Made by a program: the position numbers and the translations under genes
Shown here: positions 1 through 8,756 of the stretch, piece by piece
How positions within the stretch are numbered: position 1 is the first letter of the stretch
How the letters are laid out: each line of letters begins with the position of its first letter
Virus record (IMG/VR): IMGVR_UViG_3300050509_000221
Location: 18,664 to 82,663 of that record
Strand: one strand, 5' to 3'
Length of the DNA stretch: 64,000 bases
Source: a virus
Lineage: Duplodnaviria > Caudoviricetes
Notes under the pieces: generated by a model
Told to the model about the DNA's origin: nothing
Databases searched by the model: none
Seen by the model: the letters and a program-made list of their open reading frames with translations, nothing else

Positions 1-1515
1 CGGACCGAGGAACGCGTTGATCCCCGCACCACCGACCGCCGCCGCCTTGATCGACTCAAGGCCGGTCTTCACGAAGTCGAGCACCGCGGGGACACCCTCC
101 GCGACAGCCTTGAAGGTGACGAACCCGGCGATGCCCGGCCCAAGCGCCGGGGAAATCAGGCCAAGTCCGGATGCCACCGCGGGGAGCACCGTCCCGGCAA
201 GTTGGCCGAGGGGTTCCAGGACGGACTGCACGACAGGCCGCGCGGCGCGCAAGGTCTCCAGGGTTGGGCTGACAAGCGGCCGGCCGATCTCCGTCGCGGT
301 CGACGCGAACTCGCGGCCCAACGAGCGGACCTCGAGCAGCGAGTTCCGCGACCCGGCCTCGATGTCCGACGCGAGCCGGCCACCGAGTCGTTCCGACGCG
401 AGCGACGCGCCTGCCATGGCCTTGTCCGCGGCGGTGATCTCCTCGCGTCCGTCCGCGAGGGCGAGGGTCGCGGCACGCTGGTTGATCTCGATGCCAGAGA
501 TACCGAGCGAGAACGGCAGCAACGCCCGGTCCCGACCGGACGCAAGCGCCCGGATCATGGTCTCGGCAACGTCGCCGGTCTGACCGAGGTTGGGGTTCAG
601 CGCGACAGCACGGGCCGACAGGGCGAGGATCTCGGCGGAGAAGTCGGCGGACTCCTCACGTCCATGCCCGAACGATGTCCCAAGCTGGAACGCGTCGGCT
701 GCTGCGTTGCGCATCCCGGACCCACTGGAGCCCGTCTTGACGGCAAGGTCGGCGAGTTCGATGTTGAGGCTGCCGACCTTGATCGTCTCGACCCGTGACG
801 CGAGGGCACCCATCGTCGAGTCGAGCCGCTGTGATGCTCCCTCGGCGGAGATCGCCCCGGCGGTGAAGCCACCGAGGGTGACGACACCCGCGGCGAGGAC
901 CGTGCCGACCGAGCCGCCCTTCCCGACCAGGTTCGCGGCGGAACCGGCAAGTGCGTCCACTGAACCGGACGCCAACGAGCTCGACGTCGACACAGCGGCC
1001 GCGGCGGCGCTGGTGCCCGACAGGGACTCCTCGGCGGCGCCACCACTGCCCGCGAGGCCGTCAAGGGATTCCTCGGCGTCGGTGGTGTCCGCAGTGACCG
1101 GCACCTCAACGCTGGTGGCTTCTGCGCTGGTGACGAACCCGGCGACTTCGGCCTCAGCCGGCCCCGTGTCAGCGGTGACAGGCACGGACGGGGTCACCCC
1201 TGCGAGTGCCTCATCGACTTCTCCGGGGAGCTGTGTGGCGTCGCCCTCAACGACGACGGTGCCGTCCGTGGCCTCGAGTGCGGTCTCGATCTCGCCGGGT
1301 ACCGCGGAGGCGTCCGCGGTGACAGGCACATCCGCGAGGGCATCCGCGAGGAGGTCACCGATCTGGCCGGACGCGGTCGTGAACTGGGCCCGGAACGACT
1401 CGACCGCGCCACCAAGCGCCGCTTCAAGGGCTTCGCCGGCTTCCTGCGCGAGCCGGTCCGCGTCGCGCAACGCATCGGAGATATCGAGGCCGACTCCTTC
1501 CTCGAGGCCCGCCAC
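1..1515 (-). CDS. Tape measure protein of module A, N-terminal part (runs off the left edge; absent from the ORF track)
   Basis: My translation from GTG at 1515 (VAGLEEGVGLDISDALRDADRLAQE...) stays open to position 1. It is Ala/Gly-rich and helical-looking, and lies directly after the tail chaperone pair. Confidence 0.85.
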   Translation of the reverse strand, partial: MAGLEEGVGLDISDALRDADRLAQEAGEALEAALGGAVESFRAQFTTASGQIGDLLADALADVPVTADASAVPGEIETALEATDGTVVVEGDATQLPGEVDEALAGVTPSVPVTADTGPAEAEVAGFVTSAEATSVEVPVTADTTDAEESLDGLAGSGGAAEESLSGTSAAAAAVSTSSSLASGSVDALAGSAANLVGKGGSVGTVLAAGVVTLGGFTAGAISAEGASQRLDSTMGALASRVETIKVGSLNIELADLAVKTGSSGSGMRNAAADAFQLGTSFGHGREESADFSAEILALSARAVALNPNLGQTGDVAETMIRALASGRDRALLPFSLGISGIEINQRAATLALADGREEITAADKAMAGASLASERLGGRLASDIEAGSRNSLLEVRSLGREFASTATEIGRPLVSPTLETLRAARPVVQSVLEPLGQLAGTVLPAVASGLGLISPALGPGIAGFVTFKAVAEGVPAVLDFVKTGLESIKAAAVGGAGINAFLGP

Positions 1516-1516
1516 G

Positions 1517-1783
1517 TCAGTTCACCTCGATCACGCGTGCGACACCTACGGGTGCGGTCGGGTCGTGCGGGAGGATGAGTTGCGCGGTACCACCCGGCTG
1601 CTCTTCGTCGGAGCCGAGCAGGCTGCCGATCTGCCAGAGCTCCATCTCGCCAATCACTGGGGGGAACAGCCCGACGGGGGCCAAGGCCCGGTAGACGAGC
1701 GCGAGGATGCCCTTGACGCCCGGCAGCGACGAGGGTGGGAGTGGTTCGCCGTCTCCACCGCGGCCTCTCAGCCAGTCAAAGGG
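1517..1783 (-). CDS. Tail assembly chaperone frameshift extension (gpT-like)
   Basis: In the -1 frame relative to the upstream chaperone, reading PFDWLRGRGG...EMELWQIGSLLG. Entered at slippery heptamer C CCT TTG (1777-1783). Confidence 0.7.
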   Translation of the reverse strand, partial: PFDWLRGRGGDGEPLPPSSLPGVKGILALVYRALAPVGLFPPVIGEMELWQIGSLLGSDEEQPGGTAQLILPHDPTAPVGVARVIEVN

Positions 1784-2136
1784 AGGGCCATCCAGTGCGC
1801 GTTCAGCCGGATCGCGAACTTGGCGTCGATCATCCAGCCCGGCAGGTCGGTTTGCGCGATGGGTTGGCCGCCGAGCTCGTCGAGGATGCGGGTGTAGAGC
1901 GCCTTGTACGGGGTGGGTTCCGCGACGAGGAGACGCATCGGGCGGGGTTCGCGGTCCTTCGCGTCGATCTCTGGCTGCGTGAGCCACTCGTCGGCGGCTT
2001 CGAGTTCCTCGATGTAGGAACCCCACTCCTTCGCCTTCGGGCGCCTGAGCTCGACCTGGAAGTCGTCCCACTTGACGAGCACCGTCCCGTCCGAGCGCAG
2101 CGTGAGCGCGTCAGCCTGTTTCTCCTCGCCCGCCAT
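1768..2136 (-). CDS. Tail assembly chaperone (gpG-like), module A
   Basis: Lies just before the tape measure gene, starts MAGEEKQADAL and ends in an X XXY YYZ slippery site. Confidence 0.75.
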   Translation of the reverse strand: MAGEEKQADALTLRSDGTVLVKWDDFQVELRRPKAKEWGSYIEELEAADEWLTQPEIDAKDREPRPMRLLVAEPTPYKALYTRILDELGGQPIAQTDLPGWMIDAKFAIRLNAHWMALPLTG

Positions 2137-2231
2137 GCGGTACCTCCTCGTACGCCGACGACGTGAGCGTGACGTGAGCGTAGATGGCGGATCGCGGCAG
2201 CGGCGGACTGCGCCTGCCACACTGTGTGACC

Positions 2232-2531
2232 ATGCGACGATTCACCGTGGCTGTCTGCGTCGTGGTGTTCCTCCTCGCCGCGTGCAACGGCAGCTCAACC
2301 GGCGATGGCGACGACGCGGTCGAGCAGTACCGCAAGGCGTTCGTCGCCCGCTCAGGACACCCGATCGAGGACGAAGCGGCGTTCAAGCGGGTCGTCGCCG
2401 CGGCACGGGACACCTGTGACCTCGGTGACAGGGAACTCGAGGAGCAGTACGCACTTGCTGGCGGTCAGCGCGGCTACTTCCGTGACGAGGTCAAGGCGTT
2501 CTGCCCCGACCGGCTCGACGACCTCAGCTAG
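2232..2531 (+). CDS. Small lipoprotein, opposite strand to the tail operon
   Basis: MRRFTVAVCVVVFLLAAC gives a basic N-terminus, hydrophobic stretch and LAAC lipobox. Confidence 0.75.
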   Translation: MRRFTVAVCVVVFLLAACNGSSTGDGDDAVEQYRKAFVARSGHPIEDEAAFKRVVAAARDTCDLGDRELEEQYALAGGQRGYFRDEVKAFCPDRLDDLS

Positions 2532-3036
2532 CCGACCACGCTCTCCACTGCGCCCGGACCTTCCACTCGATTCCCGCGCAGCCCCCCGCAGGCTTCCGTG
2601 GTGTCGCGCCGAGGAGTTCGAGACCCGCGCAGCCCGCGAGGTGTTCGGCGAGGGTCCCGGCGCAGATCGCGGTGAGGAGCGCCGTGGTTATGCAGTCGAG
2701 GTCGAGCGCGAGTCCGGCTGCTGCGCTGTCGGCCTTCGCGTCGTCGAACGTGCCGTCGTCGTTGAGGGTTGGGAAGCACCGGTAGAGCCGCAGGCACACG
2801 TCGGCTGAGGGCCGCCCGGGGGGCTTCGTGACTCCGGCGGGGATGCCGGTGCGGTCGATTGTGACCGGGTTCCAGTGGCAGGTGAGGAGTCCGTGGTCAC
2901 AGCAGGACTGCACGGCGATGTCACCGTGGTACCGGATCCGTTTCGTCGCGTCAGGTACCGGCCGTCCGCATGCGGTGAGCGCGGCGGCAGCAAGGTCGAG
3001 GTGTGCCTGCTCGAGCTCGGCGAGACCCCCAGCCAT
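2524..3036 (-). CDS. Tail completion/terminator-like protein
   Basis: Position in the neck/tail block; Cys-rich with a C-terminal GGCAG motif like actinophage neck proteins. Confidence 0.55.
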   Translation of the reverse strand: MAGGLAELEQAHLDLAAAALTACGRPVPDATKRIRYHGDIAVQSCCDHGLLTCHWNPVTIDRTGIPAGVTKPPGRPSADVCLRLYRCFPTLNDDGTFDDAKADSAAAGLALDLDCITTALLTAICAGTLAEHLAGCAGLELLGATPRKPAGGCAGIEWKVRAQWRAWSAS

Positions 3037-3038
3037 GT

Positions 3039-3431
3039 TCAGTGTCCGATCACGCGGGCGACGTACTCACGCCAACGGGTGACCTTCGACGTCCACCAGT
3101 CGGTGCGGGGCACACCACTGGTCGACTTCACGAAAACCTCCGAGCCGTCTGAGGCGACGAACCGCAACGCCTTCACCCGCACCGGCAGGATTGGGCCTGG
3201 GACACCTTCGTCTTGGTAGGAGGCGTATTCGGCGGGGGCGCGGAGGTGACGGGCGATCGTCGTGGGGCTGTCGTTCTCGGTGATGGTGATGTCGTTCACC
3301 ATCGACCCGGTACGTCGCGGTGCATCCTTCTCCATGTCGAGGAGCATCGCCAGGACAGCGTCGTCGGCTCGACGGGCGAACAGCTCGCGTACGGCGTCTT
3401 GGAGGCCACGCGGGTCGACCTTGACGGCCAT
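3039..3431 (-). CDS. Neck protein (HK97 gp10-like)
   Basis: Motifs APRRTGSM, YASYQDEG and LRF...VFVKS; position in the neck block. Confidence 0.65.
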   Translation of the reverse strand: MAVKVDPRGLQDAVRELFARRADDAVLAMLLDMEKDAPRRTGSMVNDITITENDSPTTIARHLRAPAEYASYQDEGVPGPILPVRVKALRFVASDGSEVFVKSTSGVPRTDWWTSKVTRWREYVARVIGH

Positions 3432-3652
3432 CAGGCACACTCACCGCAGCCGACGCGGCCGGTCTGTGGGCATGGACGCCCAGGGGACCCTTCGAGCGAC
3501 ACGTGGACACACAAGCCGCCGTCCGAGCAGGGGCAGCGTGGGGTGCCATGCGGGCACGGGCCACACGCACCAAGGACCGGAGCGTCGCCACGGCGACGGC
3601 GATCCGCGCGGATGCCGAGGCCGAGCATGCCGACGGTGCCGACTGCGGTCAT
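3431..3652 (-). CDS. Small Cys-rich hypothetical protein
   Basis: ATGA and TGATG overlaps with both neighbours; 8 Cys in the C-terminal 46 aa. Confidence 0.45.
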   Translation of the reverse strand: MTAVGTVGMLGLGIRADRRRRGDAPVLGACGPCPHGTPRCPCSDGGLCVHVSLEGSPGRPCPQTGRVGCGECA

Positions 3653-4338
3653 GTTCCGGTCCGCCACGCGCCCGGTGCTGCGTTACCTGGGTCGAAGATC
3701 CCGCCGCCGCAACGGTGCCGGGCAACCCAGTTGTCGACGAGTTGGATCCCGACCGTTTCGCCCGGCTTCGGGGGCGCGAGGTTGATCGTGACCCCTTCAC
3801 GCGAGATCGCTTCGGCGTTCGATGGGGGTGCCCCGCAGGAGTCGACGACGTCGTGGGCGAGTTTGCAGGCGAGGGCTTGCGCGGCGAGGACACCCATCGC
3901 GGGGACCGCGACGCCTTGGGTCCAGGTGACGGTCACACCGTCGTCGGTGTCGAAGTGCTGACAGGCCGGCCAGTCGTCGCCGTCGACACGGACGAGGTAC
4001 CGCCACTCGTCCACCCGGTACGCGTCAGCGTCGAGGGTGACACCATCGACAACGACTGTGGTGACCGCGGCGACGGGGGTGGTGCCGAGGTCGAGGTACG
4101 GGTACCGGCCGCACGCGCAGTGCGGGTTCTTGTGTCGGCAGCACACCATCGGCCGGGCGGTGACGGTGCAAACCCCGAACTGGCGGCACGTTTCCTCGTA
4201 GAGCCAGTCGGACGCCGCGGTGACGATGAGACCTTGGAGGGTCTCGGTGTCCATCGGTAGTTCGGACAGGTCGATGTCGCACGGCAGGTCACACCAGGCA
4301 ACCCACGCGTCGCATGCGCCCGTGGCGGGTGCTGGCAT
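3649..4338 (-). CDS. Head-to-tail adaptor, module A
   Basis: Motifs AASDWLYEETCRQFG, YRVDEWRYLVR and ISREGVT; follows the major tail gene. Confidence 0.7.
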   Translation of the reverse strand: MPAPATGACDAWVAWCDLPCDIDLSELPMDTETLQGLIVTAASDWLYEETCRQFGVCTVTARPMVCCRHKNPHCACGRYPYLDLGTTPVAAVTTVVVDGVTLDADAYRVDEWRYLVRVDGDDWPACQHFDTDDGVTVTWTQGVAVPAMGVLAAQALACKLAHDVVDSCGAPPSNAEAISREGVTINLAPPKPGETVGIQLVDNWVARHRCGGGIFDPGNAAPGAWRTGT

Positions 4339-4364
4339 CGGCCCTCCTCAGCCGTGAACGGGTT

Positions 4365-4410
4365 GGGTCCCGGCCGCTCCCACGTGGGGAGAAGGAGGTG
4401 GCCGGGACCC
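4365..4410. terminator. GC-rich hairpin downstream of the major tail gene
   Basis: GGGTCCCGGCC (4365-4375) pairs with GGCCGGGACCC (4400-4410); no clear U-tract. Confidence 0.4.
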
Positions 4411-4430
4411 TTCCCTCCTCGGGTGCTCCG

Positions 4431-5111
4431 TCAGGACTGCGACGGCGTCGTGACGTAGCCGCAGTCCACCGACGCTGTCGGCAGGCCCGTGTCTTCGATG
4501 ACGAACCGTGCCTTGTTCGGGATCGCGAGCACCGACGACGGCCAGTCGTTGAAGGGACCGTTGCCGGCACCGTCGTTGACGCGGGCGTACCCCTTGAGCA
4601 CCATGTGGTTCGCGCCGGCCTTCATCTCCCCGTCGGTCGGGTTGAAGACGACCTTGGTGAACACGACCCGGTGGTACGGGTTCGTGGCGTCGAGCTGCGC
4701 GCATTCCTGGTTCTCGCCCCACGCCTCGAGGACGACCCCGGTCTTCGCGGTGACCGTCCCACACGCCGTGTCGACCGTGTCGGCTGCGCCGAGGACCGTG
4801 GCGCCGTTCGTGATGAGCTGCGCGCCGTATGCGAGTTCACGCAGCTCGTAGCTGGACACGAGGAGGTCGAGTTCGACGTTGAAGCCGGCGAGCTTGTCGT
4901 CGTAGTCGCGCACGACAGCGAGGTTCCCGCAGCCGTCCTTGTCGCGGATCTTGTCACCCGCGACGATGTCGGCCGTCCACTTGAGGACACCGATGCCGCC
5001 CTGCTGGGAGATCGCACCCGCGGTGTGGTTCGAGATCGGTGCGCCAGACGCGTTGAGTCGCGAGAGACGCACCGCGCAGATCGACATGGGGGAACGGCAA
5101 CCAGAGGCCAT
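4431..5111 (-). CDS. Major tail protein, module A
   Basis: 226 aa with a strong RBS (GGAG). Starts CAVRLSRLNASGAP...KDGCGNL, resembling tail tube proteins of large actinophages. Confidence 0.65.
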   Translation of the reverse strand: MASGCRSPMSICAVRLSRLNASGAPISNHTAGAISQQGGIGVLKWTADIVAGDKIRDKDGCGNLAVVRDYDDKLAGFNVELDLLVSSYELRELAYGAQLITNGATVLGAADTVDTACGTVTAKTGVVLEAWGENQECAQLDATNPYHRVVFTKVVFNPTDGEMKAGANHMVLKGYARVNDGAGNGPFNDWPSSVLAIPNKARFVIEDTGLPTASVDCGYVTTPSQS

Positions 5112-5245
5112 GGTGGCTCCTTAGGGGCGTCGCCGGGGAACGGCGACGGGGCGGGGCGGGACCTTCCGGGGGCCGTCCGAGGACTGGCTCTCCCGACGAT
5201 CGGGGACGGGCTTCGCGGCGGGCTGTCCGCAGCCGCAACCCACGG

Positions 5246-5662
5246 TCAGGTGTCCTGTCCGTCGGTGTCGACGACAGCGACACCCGCGTCGATGAGGGGC
5301 TGCACGTCACGGTCGTACGCCTGCTGCTCGGCGACGAGCTGCTGGGACTCGTAGTGATCGAGGCCGGGGGTGCGTTCCCCGAGTTGGCTGTCGGCGCTGG
5401 CCGGCGCACGGTACGGGTCGGCTTCGAGTTCGCCGATGTACTGCTCGAGTTCGGCGAGCTTCGCGTCCGCCGCGGCGAGTGCCGCTTCGAGCTCTTCGAC
5501 GTGGACCTCGAGCGCCGCGATGCGTTCGGCGTCGGCCGCGTCATCGACCGGGGCTGGCTCGGCGACGTCTGCTGGCGGGTCGGTAGGCACGACCGGTTCC
5601 GTGGAACCCTGGTCATCGGCCAGGGTGTCGTCGGCCGGTACGTCGGGGGTGTCGTCGCTCAT
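5246..5662 (-). CDS. Acidic coiled-coil protein (capsid-associated?)
   Basis: D/P-rich N-terminus followed by a heptad region ERIAALEVHVEELEAALAAADAKLAELEQ. Confidence 0.55.
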   Translation of the reverse strand: MSDDTPDVPADDTLADDQGSTEPVVPTDPPADVAEPAPVDDAADAERIAALEVHVEELEAALAAADAKLAELEQYIGELEADPYRAPASADSQLGERTPGLDHYESQQLVAEQQAYDRDVQPLIDAGVAVVDTDGQDT

Positions 5663-5673
5663 CGTGTCTCCCA

Positions 5674-6564
5674 TCACGCGGGCAGTTCGTTCGCGTACGT
5701 CGGGGCCTGCACCGCGATGGCGAACACGCAGCACGGGTCGAACCGGTGAATCGCTTGACGCAACGCCCAGTCGAGGTACTTGTTGAGCCGCGGGTTGTTC
5801 AGCACGTCACCCACCGCGACCTCCGGGGCGGACAGGGCGTACTCGACAGGCCCGGAGATGTAGACCCACGCGTCTTCGTCGCCGTCTTCGCCGTCGTCGG
5901 GCACCGCGGCGAGCGGGTAGCCAGGGCCGGGTGAGACGAGGGACCCGACCGGGCCGTGGAGGACATCGCCGATCTGGGCGACGACACCATGCGCGAGGAG
6001 GTCAGTCACGACCGACGGGGCGGCGTGAATGATGGGGCCGTTGCGTCCGTCTCCGCTTTGCTGCGTACACGCCGACCAGGCGTCGAGGAGGAGACCGACC
6101 GCGCGGACAGGATGGACCGGGGTGGCTTCGCTGATGTCCGACGCGGTCGACACCAGCGATGGGTTCTCGTCTTCGGTGTCGCCGACCATGAGCTCGCGTG
6201 ACACGTGCCATGCGCTCGCCGCGTCGAGCGCAGCCAGCGACGCTTGCGTGAACGCCGGTTCGCCCTCGGGACCGTCGGGGAGAACCCAGTCACACTCGTA
6301 CGGCAGGTACACGTCGTACGGGTAGAACGCGACCCGACTGGTCGGGGTGTCGTCGTCGAGGCCTTCCATGTCGCCCGACGCGCAGAACTCACGCCGGTAC
6401 GCCGGCCCGGCGTCACCAGCACCGCAGGTGACGAGGGGACGCCACGCAATGCCGGAACCCCAACGGGCCCCCGGGGGAAGTGCACGCGCGACGGACAGCA
6501 GCGATGCCGTGCCACGCACCGGCGCGATACCGACGATCGGCTCGAACCCTGCTCCCTTCGCCAC
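5674..6564 (-). CDS. Second capsid protein (major capsid pentamer-like)
   Basis: 296 aa directly after the large capsid gene. Pattern FYPYDVYLPYEC...HVSRELMVG resembles pentamer proteins of cluster-B-like actinophages (recognition by memory). Confidence 0.6.
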   Translation of the reverse strand: MAKGAGFEPIVGIAPVRGTASLLSVARALPPGARWGSGIAWRPLVTCGAGDAGPAYRREFCASGDMEGLDDDTPTSRVAFYPYDVYLPYECDWVLPDGPEGEPAFTQASLAALDAASAWHVSRELMVGDTEDENPSLVSTASDISEATPVHPVRAVGLLLDAWSACTQQSGDGRNGPIIHAAPSVVTDLLAHGVVAQIGDVLHGPVGSLVSPGPGYPLAAVPDDGEDGDEDAWVYISGPVEYALSAPEVAVGDVLNNPRLNKYLDWALRQAIHRFDPCCVFAIAVQAPTYANELPA

Positions 6565-6610
6565 GCGTTCACCTCCTCCCGAGAGTCGTGTTCTTCTCCG
6601 ACCGGACGGG

Positions 6611-8464
6611 TCAGCTCGCGGTGGTCGGGCAGGAGAACGCGGTGGTCAGCGCGGCGCGGGTGCCGTTCGGGCACACGGTGAGATGCAACGTGTACGCCGG
6701 GTGGCAGCCGTGCTTCGCGAGACCGACGTACTCCTCCTGGAACCACTGGAGCTGGTTGCGTCGCGCGAGGTCGGGGGACGTCTGGACGCCGGTCTCGATC
6801 TCACCGGTCGAGAAGTACAGGAACGACTCGGGGGCGAGCAGCCGGGCCTTGAAGGGACGTGTGGTCCCACCGAGGCCGGGCAACGCGACCTTCCCTGCGG
6901 TGCCTGCGGTGGGCAGCGACGCGAACGGCGTCTGCCCGGCGGTCTCGATGTCGTCGAGGTCCACGACTCGGACGTTCTTGCCGGCGTCGCTGCACGACTG
7001 CTCGATGTACGCGGCGATCTCGCCTCGCTGCGACTGGTCCAGGTACGCCTGGTTCTCCCGGTCGATGACGAGCGCGGAGAGCAGCCCGGGCGGGGCGTAG
7101 AACACGTACGGGGCGTCGTCGAGACGCTCCGGGTACTCGCCCTGCTCGAGCGTCGTCAGGATGACCTGCACGATGCCGGGCAGCGCCCCGTACGGGGTCG
7201 CGGCCTCGAAGTGGTGCGAGAACGTGTCGGCGATCTGGAGCAGCCGGCCGGTCTTCGTGCGGGCCTTCTGCGCCTTGATCTTCGACATGGCGTCCCGGAT
7301 GCGTTCCTGGTTGCTCATGTCGGTCGTCCGGTCGAAGTACATGCACGCCGTGATCGCTTCCGCGGTGACGGACAGCGGCGACGGGCACGTCACCTGGACG
7401 CACGGCTTCCACGTACCGACGGTGCCGGCCACGACGTTGCTCTGGTCGGTCTCGTCCCACACGTCGACACCCGACGAGATGGCCGAGAGACCCATCGACG
7501 GGGTGTACGTGAAGCCGAGCCGCCCGGCGGGCCGCATGGGCAGCGAGTCGGAGAACGGCTCGGTGGACTGCACGCAGTCCGGGATGTCACGCAGCGGCTC
7601 GTACGGGGTGCAGATCGCCGCGACACGGGACTCGGGGGCACGGGCGGCGTCCCACCGGGCACGCCACTCGGCGTTCGCTTCGCGGATCATCCGGTCGGTC
7701 TCCACCGCCGACTGCGAGAGACGCTCGACGCCCATCGTGTTCGGGTCGGCGTCGTAGCCGGCGATGGCCGCGATGCGGGCGGTGGCCTTCTCGGCCGGGT
7801 TGCCCTGGAGGACCTGGCCGCGCGCGGACTGGAACGCGACGGCGAGCTGCTCGTAGTCGACACCGCCGTCGCTGTCCATCACGGTCGCCGCGCCGAGACC
7901 CGCCGTGACCGCGAGGGGCGTGACCGGACGGTGACCGGCGGGGCCGCCGGGCGGGGGTGGCGACGCAGGGTCGGTGACCTGGGCCAGTTCGGCTTCGGTG
8001 ATCGCAGCGACGACCGGGACCGGCTCGGCCTCCACCGGTGCGGGCTCCGCGGCCGGCTCGGCTGCTTCCGCGGCGGGGGCTTCTGGCGCGACGGCAGGTT
8101 CGGGGAGCGGCTCCGCGAACGTGATCTCGTTCAGCGCACCGATCGCTTCGGCTTCGACGGTGGTGACGGCCGTGGCCTGCTCCGTGACCTGACGCCACTC
8201 GTCGGCGATCTCGCGGGCCCGGAGGACACCGATGCCGGGCGTGCGGGCTTCGGTCTCCAGGTGGGCGCGGTACGCGGTGAGCGACTGGCGGAGCTCGCCG
8301 AGTTGCTCGACACTCAACGCGTCGAGGGACTCGGGGACCTCGGGACGGGTCGGCGTGGTGGGCTCGCCGTCGCCGCCGCGGACACCATGCTCGAAGATTG
8401 AACGGTGGCGGGGGCTGAGGCCGGTGAGGTCGAAGCGGTCCATCTTGGGCTCCTCGTGGTGCAA
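6611..8464 (-). CDS. Major capsid protein (hexamer-like), module A
   Basis: 617 aa with a coiled/Pro-Ala-rich scaffold-like N-terminus, then ICTPYEP...GFTY...KPCVQVTCP...ACMYF, typical of the large actinophage capsid family. Confidence 0.75.
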   Translation of the reverse strand: MHHEEPKMDRFDLTGLSPRHRSIFEHGVRGGDGEPTTPTRPEVPESLDALSVEQLGELRQSLTAYRAHLETEARTPGIGVLRAREIADEWRQVTEQATAVTTVEAEAIGALNEITFAEPLPEPAVAPEAPAAEAAEPAAEPAPVEAEPVPVVAAITEAELAQVTDPASPPPPGGPAGHRPVTPLAVTAGLGAATVMDSDGGVDYEQLAVAFQSARGQVLQGNPAEKATARIAAIAGYDADPNTMGVERLSQSAVETDRMIREANAEWRARWDAARAPESRVAAICTPYEPLRDIPDCVQSTEPFSDSLPMRPAGRLGFTYTPSMGLSAISSGVDVWDETDQSNVVAGTVGTWKPCVQVTCPSPLSVTAEAITACMYFDRTTDMSNQERIRDAMSKIKAQKARTKTGRLLQIADTFSHHFEAATPYGALPGIVQVILTTLEQGEYPERLDDAPYVFYAPPGLLSALVIDRENQAYLDQSQRGEIAAYIEQSCSDAGKNVRVVDLDDIETAGQTPFASLPTAGTAGKVALPGLGGTTRPFKARLLAPESFLYFSTGEIETGVQTSPDLARRNQLQWFQEEYVGLAKHGCHPAYTLHLTVCPNGTRAALTTAFSCPTTAS

Positions 8465-8616
8465 CGGGTCACGCGCCGGTGGCGCGGGGTCTCGGTGCGA
8501 CCGCTACGAGGGAGCCTCAAGGGCTTCCGCTCCGGTGCCACAGGGGCACCGGCGTCGTCGGAGGTCAGTATGGCACGCCCGGTTGTCGTGGGCGTGGATT
8601 CTCTCTGCGGGACGCG

Positions 8617-8651
8617 ACAGCGCCCCCGTCCGCTGGAATCGGGGGCGCTGT
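8617..8651. terminator. 12-bp hairpin downstream of the tRNA
   Basis: ACAGCGCCCCCG (8617-8628) pairs with CGGGGGCGCTGT (8640-8651). Confidence 0.55.
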
Positions 8652-8669
8652 GCTCACCGCCAGGAGGGC

Positions 8670-8746
8670 TGGTGGCAGGGGCGGGCTTCGATCCCGCGAC
8701 TTCCTGGTTATGAGCCAGGCGAGCTGCCAGACTGCTCTACCCTGCT
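8670..8746 (-). tRNA. tRNA-Met (CAT), initiator-like, 77 nt, encoded CCA
   Basis: The reverse complement folds as a cloverleaf: AGCAGGG/CCCTGCC acceptor, GAGC/GCTC D-stem, CCTGG-CTCATAA-CCAGG anticodon arm, GCGGG-ATCGAAG-CCCGC T arm and 3' ACCA. Confidence 0.9.
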
Positions 8747-8756
8747 CCCCCGGACT

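Noticed and set aside
590-8401. Long plus-strand ORFs (590-1897, 3262-4260, 4314-5354, 6347-8401 and many similar ones across the window)
   Set aside because: They are antisense shadows of real minus-strand genes in GC-rich DNA: Arg/Ser/Pro-rich and without motifs.
8670-8746. tRNA-Met as a host attB site or prophage boundary
   Set aside because: Phage late genes continue on both sides, no partial duplicate was seen, and the integrase is 33 kb away.
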